A stretch of DNA of 60,104 bases from a virus (IMGVR_UViG_3300030012_001141:1-60104); one strand, 5' to 3'. Counted from the first letter of the stretch, positions 39,526 to 47,404 are shown. Numbers and translations are program-made. The notes: generated by a model not told the origin, from the letters alone.

Positions 39526-39778
39526 TATCTTTTGCAATCATTAAAAGGATTAGATACCCAGCTAAATCCATAACCGTATCCTCTGTTTCATCATATATAC
39601 CTTTATTCTCAATCCTCTTAAGTTTATCATCTATCCTGATCTTGATAGCTTCAACAGAAGAGAGACGCGAAAATACATTCGCAGGAATAAGAGCTGAATC
39701 GCCGTAAGAATTATTCTTTTCTAGTAATAGCGTTTCAATCTGCTTACACTTTTGTTTTATTTTGTCTTTGGTGCTCAT
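39413..39778 (-). CDS. Nucleotide-modification-associated domain protein (DUF1599/Nmad1-like)
   Basis: LLEKNNSYGDSA...IRIDDKLKRI...EDTVMDLAGYLIL. Confidence 0.75.
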   Translation of the reverse strand: MSTKDKIKQKCKQIETLLLEKNNSYGDSALIPANVFSRLSSVEAIKIRIDDKLKRIENKGIYDETEDTVMDLAGYLILLMIAKDNESNYIQGRKVNQSTTSHTAGNSALSYPTGEEQGSDT

Positions 39779-40040
39779 CTAAAGTTAGGTTTGAGTAGTT
39801 TAGAAAAATAACATCACTCACCTCTCTTATAATAACCTGTTTGTTTTTAGTCTTACTATTCTTACCGTAAGCCTCATTTGTCAAGCGATACATGGTCCTT
39901 TTATCATGCTCCATTATCTCTGCAGGATTATTATATATAGAGACTATCCACGATGAACGCTCAGAAATACTTTTGTTTTTCTTAAAAGCAAACCGAGCGT
40001 TCATATAGTAGATACGGGCCTTGTTAGAACGGCATGTCAT
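39744..40040 (-). CDS. Hypothetical protein
   Basis: Fills operon gap; start uncertain. Confidence 0.55.
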   Translation of the reverse strand: MTCRSNKARIYYMNARFAFKKNKSISERSSWIVSIYNNPAEIMEHDKRTMYRLTNEAYGKNSKTKNKQVIIREVSDVIFLNYSNLTLDEHQRQNKTKV

Positions 40041-40329
40041 CCGTTACAACCTCAGTAGCTGCAGCCTTTGCAGCACGTTTTTCCCTAGCAGCTTCGCTGT
40101 TTGGATCAAACACTGAACAGCATGGCTTTCCAGTCTTAGACATGAACAACTTAAGGTATACGTTACCGCCTTGACCTTCTGCATTACGCTTAGTAGCGTA
40201 CTTGTCGATCATCTCTTTTAGCTCTGTGTCCTTAAGACGAACACTCCAGCTAGACAACTCTCCCTCGTACATACGAGGCTCATCCGTGTACCCTACGAGT
40301 ACAGAATCATACTTTTTATCATCAGTCAT
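40024..40329 (-). CDS. Probable ssDNA-binding protein
   Basis: 101 aa with acidic-aromatic C-terminal tail DDMPF; beside recombination genes. Confidence 0.6.
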   Translation of the reverse strand: MTDDKKYDSVLVGYTDEPRMYEGELSSWSVRLKDTELKEMIDKYATKRNAEGQGGNVYLKLFMSKTGKPCCSVFDPNSEAAREKRAAKAAATEVVTDDMPF

Positions 40330-40435
40330 GATATAAAAATTTAAAGGTTAAATAAAAAACATATAATATACAGAGTGATATAAAGTCCATAGACCTGCGT
40401 AATAAAAAACCACGTTACCTATAAACTCTATCAAC

Positions 40436-41203
40436 TTAGACAATAAATGAAGCATAGCAATTAAGTTCTGGCGCTTCTTTATCTAAGTGTTTATGTATAT
40501 TCTCCAGGGCTTGATGAAATTTCATCTCCCCCTTGAACAGGGTTTCCTCCGAGCATTTTACTTCTGCTGGGTAGTATGGGTATGCTTTCTCTTGGACTAC
40601 CCAATAGTAGTCTTTGATTCCGAATACCTTTGTGTAGATATATGCTTGGATGTCATAACAGAAACTGTTTACATCGTATCTGAACTTCTCTACACTTCTT
40701 GAACTTTTGCTATCAGTGATGTAACCATCACCCAAACAATCTAAAAATCCTTTAAGGGGTACACCGTCAATATCTTCATTGAATTCAACCTGATACCTAC
40801 CTTTTAATCTTTTCTGCAGTAAACCGCAGTTAGCCAGCCTGTCGATCATGTCATTCGCCTTCCTCCAGTCCTCCGAGCTAACGAGCGTCTTATCCGCGTT
40901 CTCCGTAGCCTGAGCAGCCTCCGCTTTCCACTCCTTGTATTTTTTAGTATTCCTAGGGTACTTCCCACCGATCTTAGCCACGATCTCATCATCGTTAAGC
41001 ACGTAGTAACTTTCATAAGCTTTATCTCTTTCAAACAATAACATATCGTATAGAGTGCCAAACCTTAAGGCTTCGCTATCTTTCTTCAGTTCACCCTTCA
41101 TGTACATCTCCCAGAGACGCATGTCTCCGAGAGCGTACTTAATTGAAGAGTATGAAAGATGTGGTTTACCAGTGGCTTTCTCTAGTCTTTCTCTTAATGT
41201 CAT
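40436..41203 (-). CDS. PD-(D/E)XK exonuclease (RecE/exonuclease VIII-like)
   Basis: LSYSSIK, LRFGTLYD, LKGFLD, ITDSKS, YDIQAYIY motifs. Confidence 0.75.
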   Translation of the reverse strand: MTLRERLEKATGKPHLSYSSIKYALGDMRLWEMYMKGELKKDSEALRFGTLYDMLLFERDKAYESYYVLNDDEIVAKIGGKYPRNTKKYKEWKAEAAQATENADKTLVSSEDWRKANDMIDRLANCGLLQKRLKGRYQVEFNEDIDGVPLKGFLDCLGDGYITDSKSSRSVEKFRYDVNSFCYDIQAYIYTKVFGIKDYYWVVQEKAYPYYPAEVKCSEETLFKGEMKFHQALENIHKHLDKEAPELNCYASFIV

Positions 41204-41718
41204 CGCACGAACTTCTTAAGACCTGTCACTTGCTTTTCAGTAAGCTGATCTTTGTACTTAGTCATTAGTTGATCGAAAGCCTTACGCTTATCAGTAGCAG
41301 ATTTGAGGTAAGCTACAGACTTTTCCATGATGTTTTCTACTTTGTCAGGTGCTTCTGCAGACTGTTTAGCTATAGCATCCTGAACCTCGTTAGCTGAAGC
41401 TATAGATGTATCGATACCAATACCCATCATAGCGAGAGCTCTACCAATAGCTGATGTTTCACAGTTTTCTACATAGCTAGTTTTGTTGATGTGACTACCT
41501 GAACGCTCTTCATGTGCATGACCAGTTGCTACTACACGCTGATTCGTGTCAGCTATAATAGCCTTACAGACACACATTTCTGAATCTAACGCTGTAAATT
41601 CTGTTGAAATCGTCCAGTTTTTGTACTCATCTTCTTGGCGGAAAAATTTAATACGCTCGTTTACTTCGACGTATTGTTTGCCACGTATGTTCGTGGTCTT
41701 GAATTTGTAATTAGACAT
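41200..41718 (-). CDS. ssDNA-annealing protein (Sak/Rad52-like)
   Basis: IRGKQYVEVNERI...ATGHAHE...ENCETSAIGRALA; adjacent to exonuclease. Confidence 0.65.
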   Translation of the reverse strand: MSNYKFKTTNIRGKQYVEVNERIKFFRQEDEYKNWTISTEFTALDSEMCVCKAIIADTNQRVVATGHAHEERSGSHINKTSYVENCETSAIGRALAMMGIGIDTSIASANEVQDAIAKQSAEAPDKVENIMEKSVAYLKSATDKRKAFDQLMTKYKDQLTEKQVTGLKKFVR

Positions 41719-41741
41719 ATATTAAATTAAATTAGGATTGA

Positions 41742-41773
41742 CAAATATAAGCAAGTGTTTGTTAAAAACCAAA
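41742..41773 (-). promoter_or_regulatory. Full Bacteroidota promoter for the recombination/replication operon
   Basis: Minus strand TTTG (41773-41770), 20-nt spacer, TATATTTG (41749-41742). Confidence 0.75.
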
Positions 41774-41941
41774 CTTTCTTGCATCTTCATATAATTTATG
41801 CATAGCATTTTCAAACTGCAATGGTGACTGATGTACGTCCCTGCAGATCAGCATAAACCTATCCATCAAGTGGATAGCATCTAAGTGATGAGGTTTTAGT
41901 TCAAGGGTTTCCCCTAGCATGTGTTCTTTTGTTTTACTCAT
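41762..41941 (-). CDS. Small early protein (59 aa, not in track)
   Basis: MSKTKEHMLGE...ARKFGF, translated by hand. Confidence 0.55.
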   Translation of the reverse strand: MSKTKEHMLGETLELKPHHLDAIHLMDRFMLICRDVHQSPLQFENAMHKLYEDARKFGF

Positions 41942-41958
41942 AATGTATTGATTGTTAA

Positions 41959-42114
41959 TTAGTTATTTAATATTATATTAAGTTTTAGTTTACGTACCCA
42001 AACCTCTGTGATCCAGTCCATAGCTTCATGATCTTGATCATGATAGAACAGCATGTATGCTTCAGCCAGTTCTTCTAGACTGCAATCTCTGAAAGGGTTC
42101 TGTTTATACGTCAT
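41959..42114 (-). CDS. Small early protein (51 aa, not in track)
   Basis: MTYKQNPFRDCSLEELAEAYM..., translated by hand. Confidence 0.5.
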   Translation of the reverse strand: MTYKQNPFRDCSLEELAEAYMLFYHDQDHEAMDWITEVWVRKLKLNIILNN

Positions 42115-42187
42115 CTTTGTTGCATTGATAGGTTAAATAGATAGCACCCACTACATAGAACAGTGCTACTGGTATTAGTATATTCAT
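42104..42187 (-). CDS. Small membrane peptide (27 aa, not in track)
   Basis: MNILIPVALFYVVGAIYLTYQCNKDDV. Confidence 0.45.
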   Translation of the reverse strand: MNILIPVALFYVVGAIYLTYQCNKDDV

Positions 42188-42189
42188 TT

Positions 42190-42417
42190 TTATTCATCAT
42201 AAAAGGGTTCTTCAAAATCTTCATTGGCTAACTCTTGCATACAGCTATAAAAGTTTTTGTCCTCCAGTAAGAAAGACATATCGTGCTTGTTACTACCACA
42301 CCCATAGTATATATGGTCTATGTCTAAGCTAAGTCCCTCAGGGTACTCGACAGCATAGTACACTAGCGTAGCTTCTACACCGAAGTCTAGTTCAAATCCT
42401 ACTTCTCGTTTACTCAT
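42190..42417 (-). CDS. Small acidic early protein
   Basis: 75 aa, tiles with neighbours. Confidence 0.6.
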   Translation of the reverse strand: MSKREVGFELDFGVEATLVYYAVEYPEGLSLDIDHIYYGCGSNKHDMSFLLEDKNFYSCMQELANEDFEEPFYDE

Positions 42418-42583
42418 CTTTACTTTCTTTTAGTTTATCTAATTGTTCTTTGTATTGCTGGGCTATAAGCTCCCAAGCCATAGCCTTCTTAAGTAGCTCT
42501 GTTTTAGTGTGTGCTTTAAGCACGATCTTTCTATCTTCTTTTGACATAAGATCTAGTGGGTTGAATTCTTTTTCGTTACTCAT
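42410..42583 (-). CDS. Small early protein (57 aa, not in track)
   Basis: MSNEKEFNPLDLMSKEDRK..., overlaps both neighbours by 8 nt. Confidence 0.55.
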   Translation of the reverse strand: MSNEKEFNPLDLMSKEDRKIVLKAHTKTELLKKAMAWELIAQQYKEQLDKLKESKDE

Positions 42584-42764
42584 ATTCACCTGCTTTCATA
42601 CCCCATAACATATCACGTGGCATCTCATCGAATACCACCATGCTATCTTTTTCATTGGGTGCATTTTGTACTAGCGTCTGTGCTTCTTCTCTTGTTAGTG
42701 AGTGGAATAGGATATCCTTCTTGAAGTTATCTCTATACACTCGGTATACTGCGTAATTTTTCAT
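42576..42764 (-). CDS. Small early protein
   Basis: 62 aa, LTREEAQ motif. Confidence 0.6.
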   Translation of the reverse strand: MKNYAVYRVYRDNFKKDILFHSLTREEAQTLVQNAPNEKDSMVVFDEMPRDMLWGMKAGEYE

Positions 42765-42925
42765 TTTGTGTGTGATTTAATTGCGTCAATAAGCATTTCT
42801 CTTGCGTGTGTCGGATCGGATAGCACCGCATGTACTAACCATGCGAACTCATTGTCTAGCGTTTCCTTATCACCTATCATGTACTCAATGTACTCGTCTG
42901 CTTTTGTTTGTGTTTCGTAACTCAT
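42761..42925 (-). CDS. Small early protein
   Basis: Start reassigned to MSYETQ. Confidence 0.55.
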   Translation of the reverse strand: MSYETQTKADEYIEYMIGDKETLDNEFAWLVHAVLSDPTHAREMLIDAIKSHTK

Positions 42926-42932
42926 TTTGTTT

Positions 42933-43082
42933 TTATTTAATTGGTTCATCCATATCCATTCTTTCTTTATCATCTTTGTCTGACTTAGTGTCCACTAGGT
43001 GGACATTAGTAATTAGTTCAGCTAGTTCGTGCATACTGAATGATGCGAAGCCTGTCTGTGTTTTTGGTTTACGCTTGCTCAT
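42933..43082 (-). CDS. Small early protein (49 aa, not in track) containing palindrome copy 1
   Basis: MSKRKPKTQTGFASFSMHELAELITNVHLVDTK... Confidence 0.5.
   Translation of the reverse strand: MSKRKPKTQTGFASFSMHELAELITNVHLVDTKSDKDDKERMDMDEPIK
42989..43005. repeat. 17-bp palindrome, copy 1
   Basis: TGTCCAC-TAG-GTGGACA. Confidence 0.95.
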
Positions 43083-43233
43083 GTCTTTTGTGGTTTAATG
43101 TTCTACCTCTATCGAGAATGTTTTCTCCTTCAGCCATACCTAGTTGGTAGTACTGCCTCCATGCATCGCATGAAAGGAAGTTGTTGAACCAATCAAGGTA
43201 CATAGCTTCGGCTTGTTCGTCAGTGTAATTCAT
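43069..43233 (-). CDS. Small early protein (54 aa, not in track)
   Basis: MNYTDEQAEAMYLDWFNNFLS... Confidence 0.6.
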   Translation of the reverse strand: MNYTDEQAEAMYLDWFNNFLSCDAWRQYYQLGMAEGENILDRGRTLNHKRHEQA

Positions 43234-43234
43234 A

Positions 43235-43438
43235 TCATTGTACTATGTCTTGGTAGAAGATGTGCTTACCATCTTCACTGATGTAACCTGCATCGATCAG
43301 GGCTGATGCAGTTCGCCCGTAGCTACCTTGTAGCGTCCATGCCATGCCATTCTTGATTAGCTCAGAGAATAGTTCTAGCACTCCTGTGTCGTCTAAAAGA
43401 CCACACTCGAAGTCAATTATTTTGTCTGTTAAATTCAT
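43235..43438 (-). CDS. Small conserved phage early protein
   Basis: AWTLQGSYGRTASALI motif. Confidence 0.65.
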   Translation of the reverse strand: MNLTDKIIDFECGLLDDTGVLELFSELIKNGMAWTLQGSYGRTASALIDAGYISEDGKHIFYQDIVQ

Positions 43439-43440
43439 GA

Positions 43441-43539
43441 TTAAAATAGTTCTTTTATTAGTTGTACTTTTTCTGCGTCTGTTAATTCATCGCTATCGAG
43501 TATGTTGATTAGATAGCACTCAAATTCTTCTGTATTCAT
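43441..43539 (-). CDS. Small acidic peptide (32 aa, not in track)
   Basis: MNTEEFECYLINILDSDELTDAEKVQLIKELF; ATGA overlap. Confidence 0.45.
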   Translation of the reverse strand: MNTEEFECYLINILDSDELTDAEKVQLIKELF

Positions 43540-43751
43540 GCGTATACTATTTCTGTTTCGTTAACTCTTTCTATTGCTTTGGCTAGATTCTCTAGTGCCT
43601 CTACTCTTTCTCGCAGTATATCCTCATCGTCTATACCGCAGTCGTAGTACCCATTGATATCCCAATGGCAGTCATCGTGGTTGTATGCATCTTCAGATGT
43701 TAGTTCGTCTAACTTATCGTTTACTCTTGTGTATCTTTTTAGTAAATCCAT
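43536..43751 (-). CDS. Small acidic early protein
   Basis: 71 aa, D/E-rich. Confidence 0.6.
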   Translation of the reverse strand: MDLLKRYTRVNDKLDELTSEDAYNHDDCHWDINGYYDCGIDDEDILRERVEALENLAKAIERVNETEIVYA

Positions 43752-43761
43752 GATGTATGTT

Positions 43762-44043
43762 TTATTGGTTTATTTCAATTAGTTTTCCATTTAATTCTTC
43801 GTATTGGAAGTCTGTAGGGCATTCCCACTCAGTCCAATAATATTCCCCTAGATTATAGCTTTCAGCTAGTATGTAATCGTCAGATAACTCGTTGTCCTTG
43901 TCTACATTCCATGAGCGGAGAAGAGCGATAAGGTCTTTCTCGTACTTGATGTGCATAAATCCATCGCCTACTACATAGCCATCATTCATGCCTTCACCTG
44001 TTATATCACATTTTCTTGCGTACTGTTCTCGTGTATTACTCAT
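43762..44043 (-). CDS. Small early protein
   Basis: ARKCDITGEGMNDGY...YYWTEWE. Confidence 0.65.
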   Translation of the reverse strand: MSNTREQYARKCDITGEGMNDGYVVGDGFMHIKYEKDLIALLRSWNVDKDNELSDDYILAESYNLGEYYWTEWECPTDFQYEELNGKLIEINQ

Positions 44044-44242
44044 CTTTTTTTATTGGTTTGTTGTGAACTTAAAATAAAACGGATTAAGATTATGTTCCTT
44101 TCTTAATTTCATTTTAGCTTCTTCTAAATTTTTTGCCATTATTTTTAACTCAAATTCTCTTTCCTTTTGATAGAGCTTGTAACTTGATGGCTTAAATATT
44201 TGGTGGTCGTGCTTTACGATATACTCTCGTGTATTACTCATC
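44027..44242. repeat. 18-bp direct repeat pair at 44027-44044 and 44225-44242
   Basis: TCTCGTGTATTACTCATC twice; encodes the identical start MSNTRE of two adjacent genes. Confidence 0.9.
44050..44241 (-). CDS. Small early protein
   Basis: Start reassigned to MSNTREY; AT-rich. Confidence 0.55.
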   Translation of the reverse strand: MSNTREYIVKHDHQIFKPSSYKLYQKEREFELKIMAKNLEEAKMKLRKEHNLNPFYFKFTTNQ

Positions 44243-44512
44243 GTCTTGTCCATAAGGTGCGTCATTAAATGATTTAAACTCTTTGTGGTATAGTTCCTTT
44301 GCTTTTACGGATAGCATTTCTGTGTCGCATTGCTCAAGCTCTGCTTCGCCTAGCGTATCCCATATCTCGTGGTACAAGTCATTTTCAAACGGAAATGGTT
44401 CTGTATCACCTAGCGTTATTCTTTCAACGCTTGATGTTGTTAGTTCGTCAGGTAAAGCTACCTCGATTGTTGTGGTGTATGTACGCACCACTTCTATTTC
44501 AAATAGTTTCAT
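44234..44512 (-). CDS. Small acidic early protein
   Basis: 92 aa, E-rich. Confidence 0.6.
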   Translation of the reverse strand: MKLFEIEVVRTYTTTIEVALPDELTTSSVERITLGDTEPFPFENDLYHEIWDTLGEAELEQCDTEMLSVKAKELYHKEFKSFNDAPYGQDDE

Positions 44513-44781
44513 GATTCTAAGTATTCTTCTTTTAACCTTTTTAGATTATGGTAGTATTCGGTCTGTGCCTCGTCGTATCTCTCTCGCAATTCTGCTCGGT
44601 GTTCTGAATCCATACCTTCGTAGCTATTAGAATGCATTTCACACTCTGCTTGTAACCAGTCGTAGTTCGATGCCAGGTCGCTGAATCGGTAGCGTAGGTT
44701 AAGTAGCTGCTCTGCGTAGACTTCTGGCTTTGATACAATTGCTTGCGCAAGTTTTTCGATAAGTTCTTTTTTAATAGTCAT
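44509..44781 (-). CDS. Small early protein
   Basis: 90 aa, ATGA overlap. Confidence 0.6.
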   Translation of the reverse strand: MTIKKELIEKLAQAIVSKPEVYAEQLLNLRYRFSDLASNYDWLQAECEMHSNSYEGMDSEHRAELRERYDEAQTEYYHNLKRLKEEYLES

Positions 44782-44782
44782 G

Positions 44783-45271
44783 TTAATCTTGATTTAATTT
44801 ATATAAATAACTCGTTGTATGTCTTTGATATTCTTTGCCCGTTTCTATATTCATAAAAACTTGTATCACACTTGTATATTTTCTAGTATTTGAAGTTATC
44901 CTGTCTATCATGTGTGTAGGTAAACCTGCTTTCTTTAAAGCCGACTTAGTTATCCTACCATGTATTTTAGTGTTATGTTTTATGCGTTTCTTTTTCTTAG
45001 TTAAGCTATATAATTCAAATTCTCTAAACCTATCCATTTCAAATGGTCTCCCATTTGCCTCGTCTAGACGCATCCAACTTCTTTTTAATTTTCTACATTC
45101 TTTACTAAATTCATCAGGTGTGAATTCTCTGTAAGTATCATGAAATATCCTATGATATTTGAATACATATAAGTTCTTTCCGTTCATCGTACCCATTCTA
45201 GCTATATCAAAAGGCCTCAAGTCGAAAGGGTGTGTTGAAATAAAATTTTCTGTATCTGCCTGTAAATTCAT
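44783..45271 (-). CDS. Basic early protein
   Basis: 162 aa, K/R-rich, AT-rich gene. Confidence 0.6.
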   Translation of the reverse strand: MNLQADTENFISTHPFDLRPFDIARMGTMNGKNLYVFKYHRIFHDTYREFTPDEFSKECRKLKRSWMRLDEANGRPFEMDRFREFELYSLTKKKKRIKHNTKIHGRITKSALKKAGLPTHMIDRITSNTRKYTSVIQVFMNIETGKEYQRHTTSYLYKLNQD

Positions 45272-45286
45272 CTCCGATCTGATTTG

Positions 45287-45303
45287 TGTCCACTAGGTGG
45301 ACA
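45287..45303. repeat. 17-bp palindrome, copy 2
   Basis: TGTCCAC-TAG-GTGGACA, intergenic. Confidence 0.95.
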
Positions 45304-45305
45304 GT

Positions 45306-45500
45306 TTACATTTCTGTTAGTATTTCCATTGCCTTGTCCATCGCATAGGCACGTTGTTGCGTCATAGTACCTGACGTTTGTGGTGTAGGTAGCATGATGT
45401 GTGTTGGGTAAGGTTTGGTGTCCAACCTATAAAACTCGTCTTTCCTTTGGATAGCGTTAGCCATTTGGCGTTGGTGGTGTAGTTTCTCCTGTAAAGTCAT
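45306..45500 (-). CDS. Small early protein
   Basis: Start reassigned to MTLQEKL. Confidence 0.55.
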   Translation of the reverse strand: MTLQEKLHHQRQMANAIQRKDEFYRLDTKPYPTHIMLPTPQTSGTMTQQRAYAMDKAMEILTEM

Positions 45501-45502
45501 GA

Positions 45503-45724
45503 TTAGTATGATTTGATTATAGTGCTGATGCCGAATTGTTGAGCAACATATCTGATGTGCTTCTGTGTAGTGCGTGTTGCTTCTGTAACGTGCGACCAAT
45601 TATGTTGCTTCATAATCCCACCACGTTTGAACGTAGCAACGTGCGTGCCGTAGCTATACACTTTGAACTCTCCATTGTCCACTGGGTGGACAGAAAGGTT
45701 TTTCTTGTATTTATCTAACTTCAT
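45503..45724 (-). CDS. Small early protein containing palindrome copy 3
   Basis: VYSYGTHVA...TTQKHIRYVA motif. Confidence 0.65.
   Translation of the reverse strand: MKLDKYKKNLSVHPVDNGEFKVYSYGTHVATFKRGGIMKQHNWSHVTEATRTTQKHIRYVAQQFGISTIIKSY
45676..45692. repeat. 17-bp palindrome, copy 3 (spacer variant)
   Basis: TGTCCAC-TGG-GTGGACA. Confidence 0.9.
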
Positions 45725-45727
45725 GTT

Positions 45728-45895
45728 TTATTGGTTTAAATCGTCATACTGTTCAGCGAGGCACTCTACCTCTTCATCGTGTATGGCTACATTCAGGTAC
45801 TCCGATACGTCGATGTAAAGTTTACCGTCTAGCTCTTCGCTAGGCGTTTCGTAGCGTACTTCAAGTACGAATGATGCTTTTTCTAATTGTGTCAT
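45728..45895 (-). CDS. Small acidic early protein (55 aa, not in track)
   Basis: MTQLEKASFVLEVRYE...YDDLNQ; ATGA overlap. Confidence 0.55.
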   Translation of the reverse strand: MTQLEKASFVLEVRYETPSEELDGKLYIDVSEYLNVAIHDEEVECLAEQYDDLNQ

Positions 45896-46290
45896 AGTAA
45901 TATATCTTTTTGGTTTTTACAGTCGTAGATTGCGATTTCGCCACGTTTTTTCGCTATGTCCGTAGCTACGTCAAGGTTATACAGATGTTGCACAAGGTCG
46001 AAGTATATCTGCCCTTCGTGTATCCATGTACCCACTCCCATACCTGCCTTGTACAAGTTGCTCGTGTATTCGGGTAGTAGCATTTCGTACTTATCCCATA
46101 GCTTTTTGAATGCTTTGAAGTGCGCTCTTGTATCAGGGTATGCACTGCCGTCAACCTCTGCATACATAGTGGTTGGCTCAACTACACCGCCTACGATGTA
46201 ACCTTCGGTTGGGTTGATTGTGCCATCTGCAAGGCGTGTATATCCGCCATCAAGTAGCGTGTCGATGTACGCTTTTTTCTCTTGTGTCAT
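45892..46290 (-). CDS. Early protein of unknown function
   Basis: VGTWIHEGQIYFDL...AKKRGEIAIYD motif. Confidence 0.65.
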   Translation of the reverse strand: MTQEKKAYIDTLLDGGYTRLADGTINPTEGYIVGGVVEPTTMYAEVDGSAYPDTRAHFKAFKKLWDKYEMLLPEYTSNLYKAGMGVGTWIHEGQIYFDLVQHLYNLDVATDIAKKRGEIAIYDCKNQKDILL

Positions 46291-46295
46291 CTTAA

Positions 46296-46385
46296 TTATA
46301 TTATGTCCACTAGGTGGACAATGTTAAACTCTGATTGCATATCTGCTAATGCTTCGTGCATAGCTTGTAATTCTTGCTCGTTCAT
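46296..46385 (-). CDS. Small peptide (29 aa, not in track) containing palindrome copy 4
   Basis: MNEQELQAMHEALADMQSEFNIVHLVDII; TAATG coupling to upstream gene. Confidence 0.45.
   Translation of the reverse strand: MNEQELQAMHEALADMQSEFNIVHLVDII
46304..46320. repeat. 17-bp palindrome, copy 4
   Basis: TGTCCAC-TAG-GTGGACA. Confidence 0.95.
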
Positions 46386-46687
46386 TACATTATGTATTTA
46401 ATAGTTGTTAAAATCATAGCACTTATTCCAATGCAAGTAGACACAACTCCTATAATTGCAAATGCTTTTATTAGTCGGTCTGAATATGCCTTGTTTCGTT
46501 TAATACTCTTAGCTTTTAGTTTAGCTTTAAGTTGCTTAATTGCACGTTCACGCTCCTCACGTTCACGCTCTACTTTTCTACCTTGTAATATCAATGCCCT
46601 TACTTCCTCATAGGTAGTCTTATATTTTGGAGGTTCGTAACCACCTGCGTAGTAACCGCTTACTTTCTTTTCTTCTTTTTCATACAT
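46385..46687 (-). CDS. Early protein with C-terminal membrane anchor
   Basis: Charged helix then AFAIIGVVSTCIGISAMIL. Confidence 0.6.
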   Translation of the reverse strand: MYEKEEKKVSGYYAGGYEPPKYKTTYEEVRALILQGRKVEREREERERAIKQLKAKLKAKSIKRNKAYSDRLIKAFAIIGVVSTCIGISAMILTTIKYIM

Positions 46688-46717
46688 GATTTCTAGTTAT
46701 TAGATAGCGCAAAGTAA

Positions 46718-46734
46718 TGTCCACTAGGTGGACA
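46718..46734. repeat. 17-bp palindrome, copy 5
   Basis: TGTCCAC-TAG-GTGGACA, intergenic. Confidence 0.95.
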
Positions 46735-46761
46735 ATACCAAGTCTATTTTGTTAATCAATG

Positions 46762-47286
46762 TTAAAAAGCTACTTCTTCAACTTCAGTTAGTTCAATGAT
46801 AGCCATTTCGGTACGCTCAAGCTCATTGAGTAAAGTCTTAAGATTCTCTATTATCTCCGCCTTATCGCCGTTCATTGATACGTTTAGATTCTCGTCTAGT
46901 CGTACACTACCTCCGCCAATTTCTTTAGAGGTTGTGAACGTGTACCACGTTTTGGGTTTGTCCTCAGCGTCTGGCTTCATGAAAGCTAATAACCCTTTAA
47001 TTGAGTACGTTGCCGTTTCCACACTGTCAATGTATCGTTGAACGTCCTCAGCTTTTACTTCTGCTGACTGTCTGAGATATCCGAAAAAGGTCTTTTTATA
47101 TCCGTATGCTTCGACTAATTGGTCTCGCTTCATGCGCTTATCTTTTGGTGTGCATTTCCAAATTTCGTAACCTTCGGCGCATAGCTTACCGATTTCCAGT
47201 TGTACTTTGAAGGCCTGTAGACTTCCTTTCATTGCCTTAGCATTTAGCTTTAGGACTTTGTTGATATTGGCTTTTAAGTTATCCAT
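46762..47286 (-). CDS. Early protein, possibly DNA-binding
   Basis: 174 aa helical N-terminus (QLEIGKL...YGYKKTFFGYLRQ); function is a guess. Confidence 0.6.
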   Translation of the reverse strand: MDNLKANINKVLKLNAKAMKGSLQAFKVQLEIGKLCAEGYEIWKCTPKDKRMKRDQLVEAYGYKKTFFGYLRQSAEVKAEDVQRYIDSVETATYSIKGLLAFMKPDAEDKPKTWYTFTTSKEIGGGSVRLDENLNVSMNGDKAEIIENLKTLLNELERTEMAIIELTEVEEVAF

Positions 47287-47387
47287 AACTGTTTTATTTT
47301 AATATTGTGCGCATTGTTGCGCTTGTTTACTTGAGTTAACGTCCTAGTTTTTTAACGTCAGCTATGACCTGCTGACCCGATATGTAT

Positions 47388-47404
47388 CGTCCACTAGGTG
47401 GACG
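47388..47404. repeat. 17-bp palindrome, copy 6 (symmetric outer-pair change)
   Basis: CGTCCAC-TAG-GTGGACG. Confidence 0.9.

Noticed and set aside
42989-47404. Palindromic repeats as a CRISPR or mini-array
   Set aside because: Spacing is irregular (about 390-2300 bp), whole genes lie between copies, the repeat is only 17 bp and no cas genes are present
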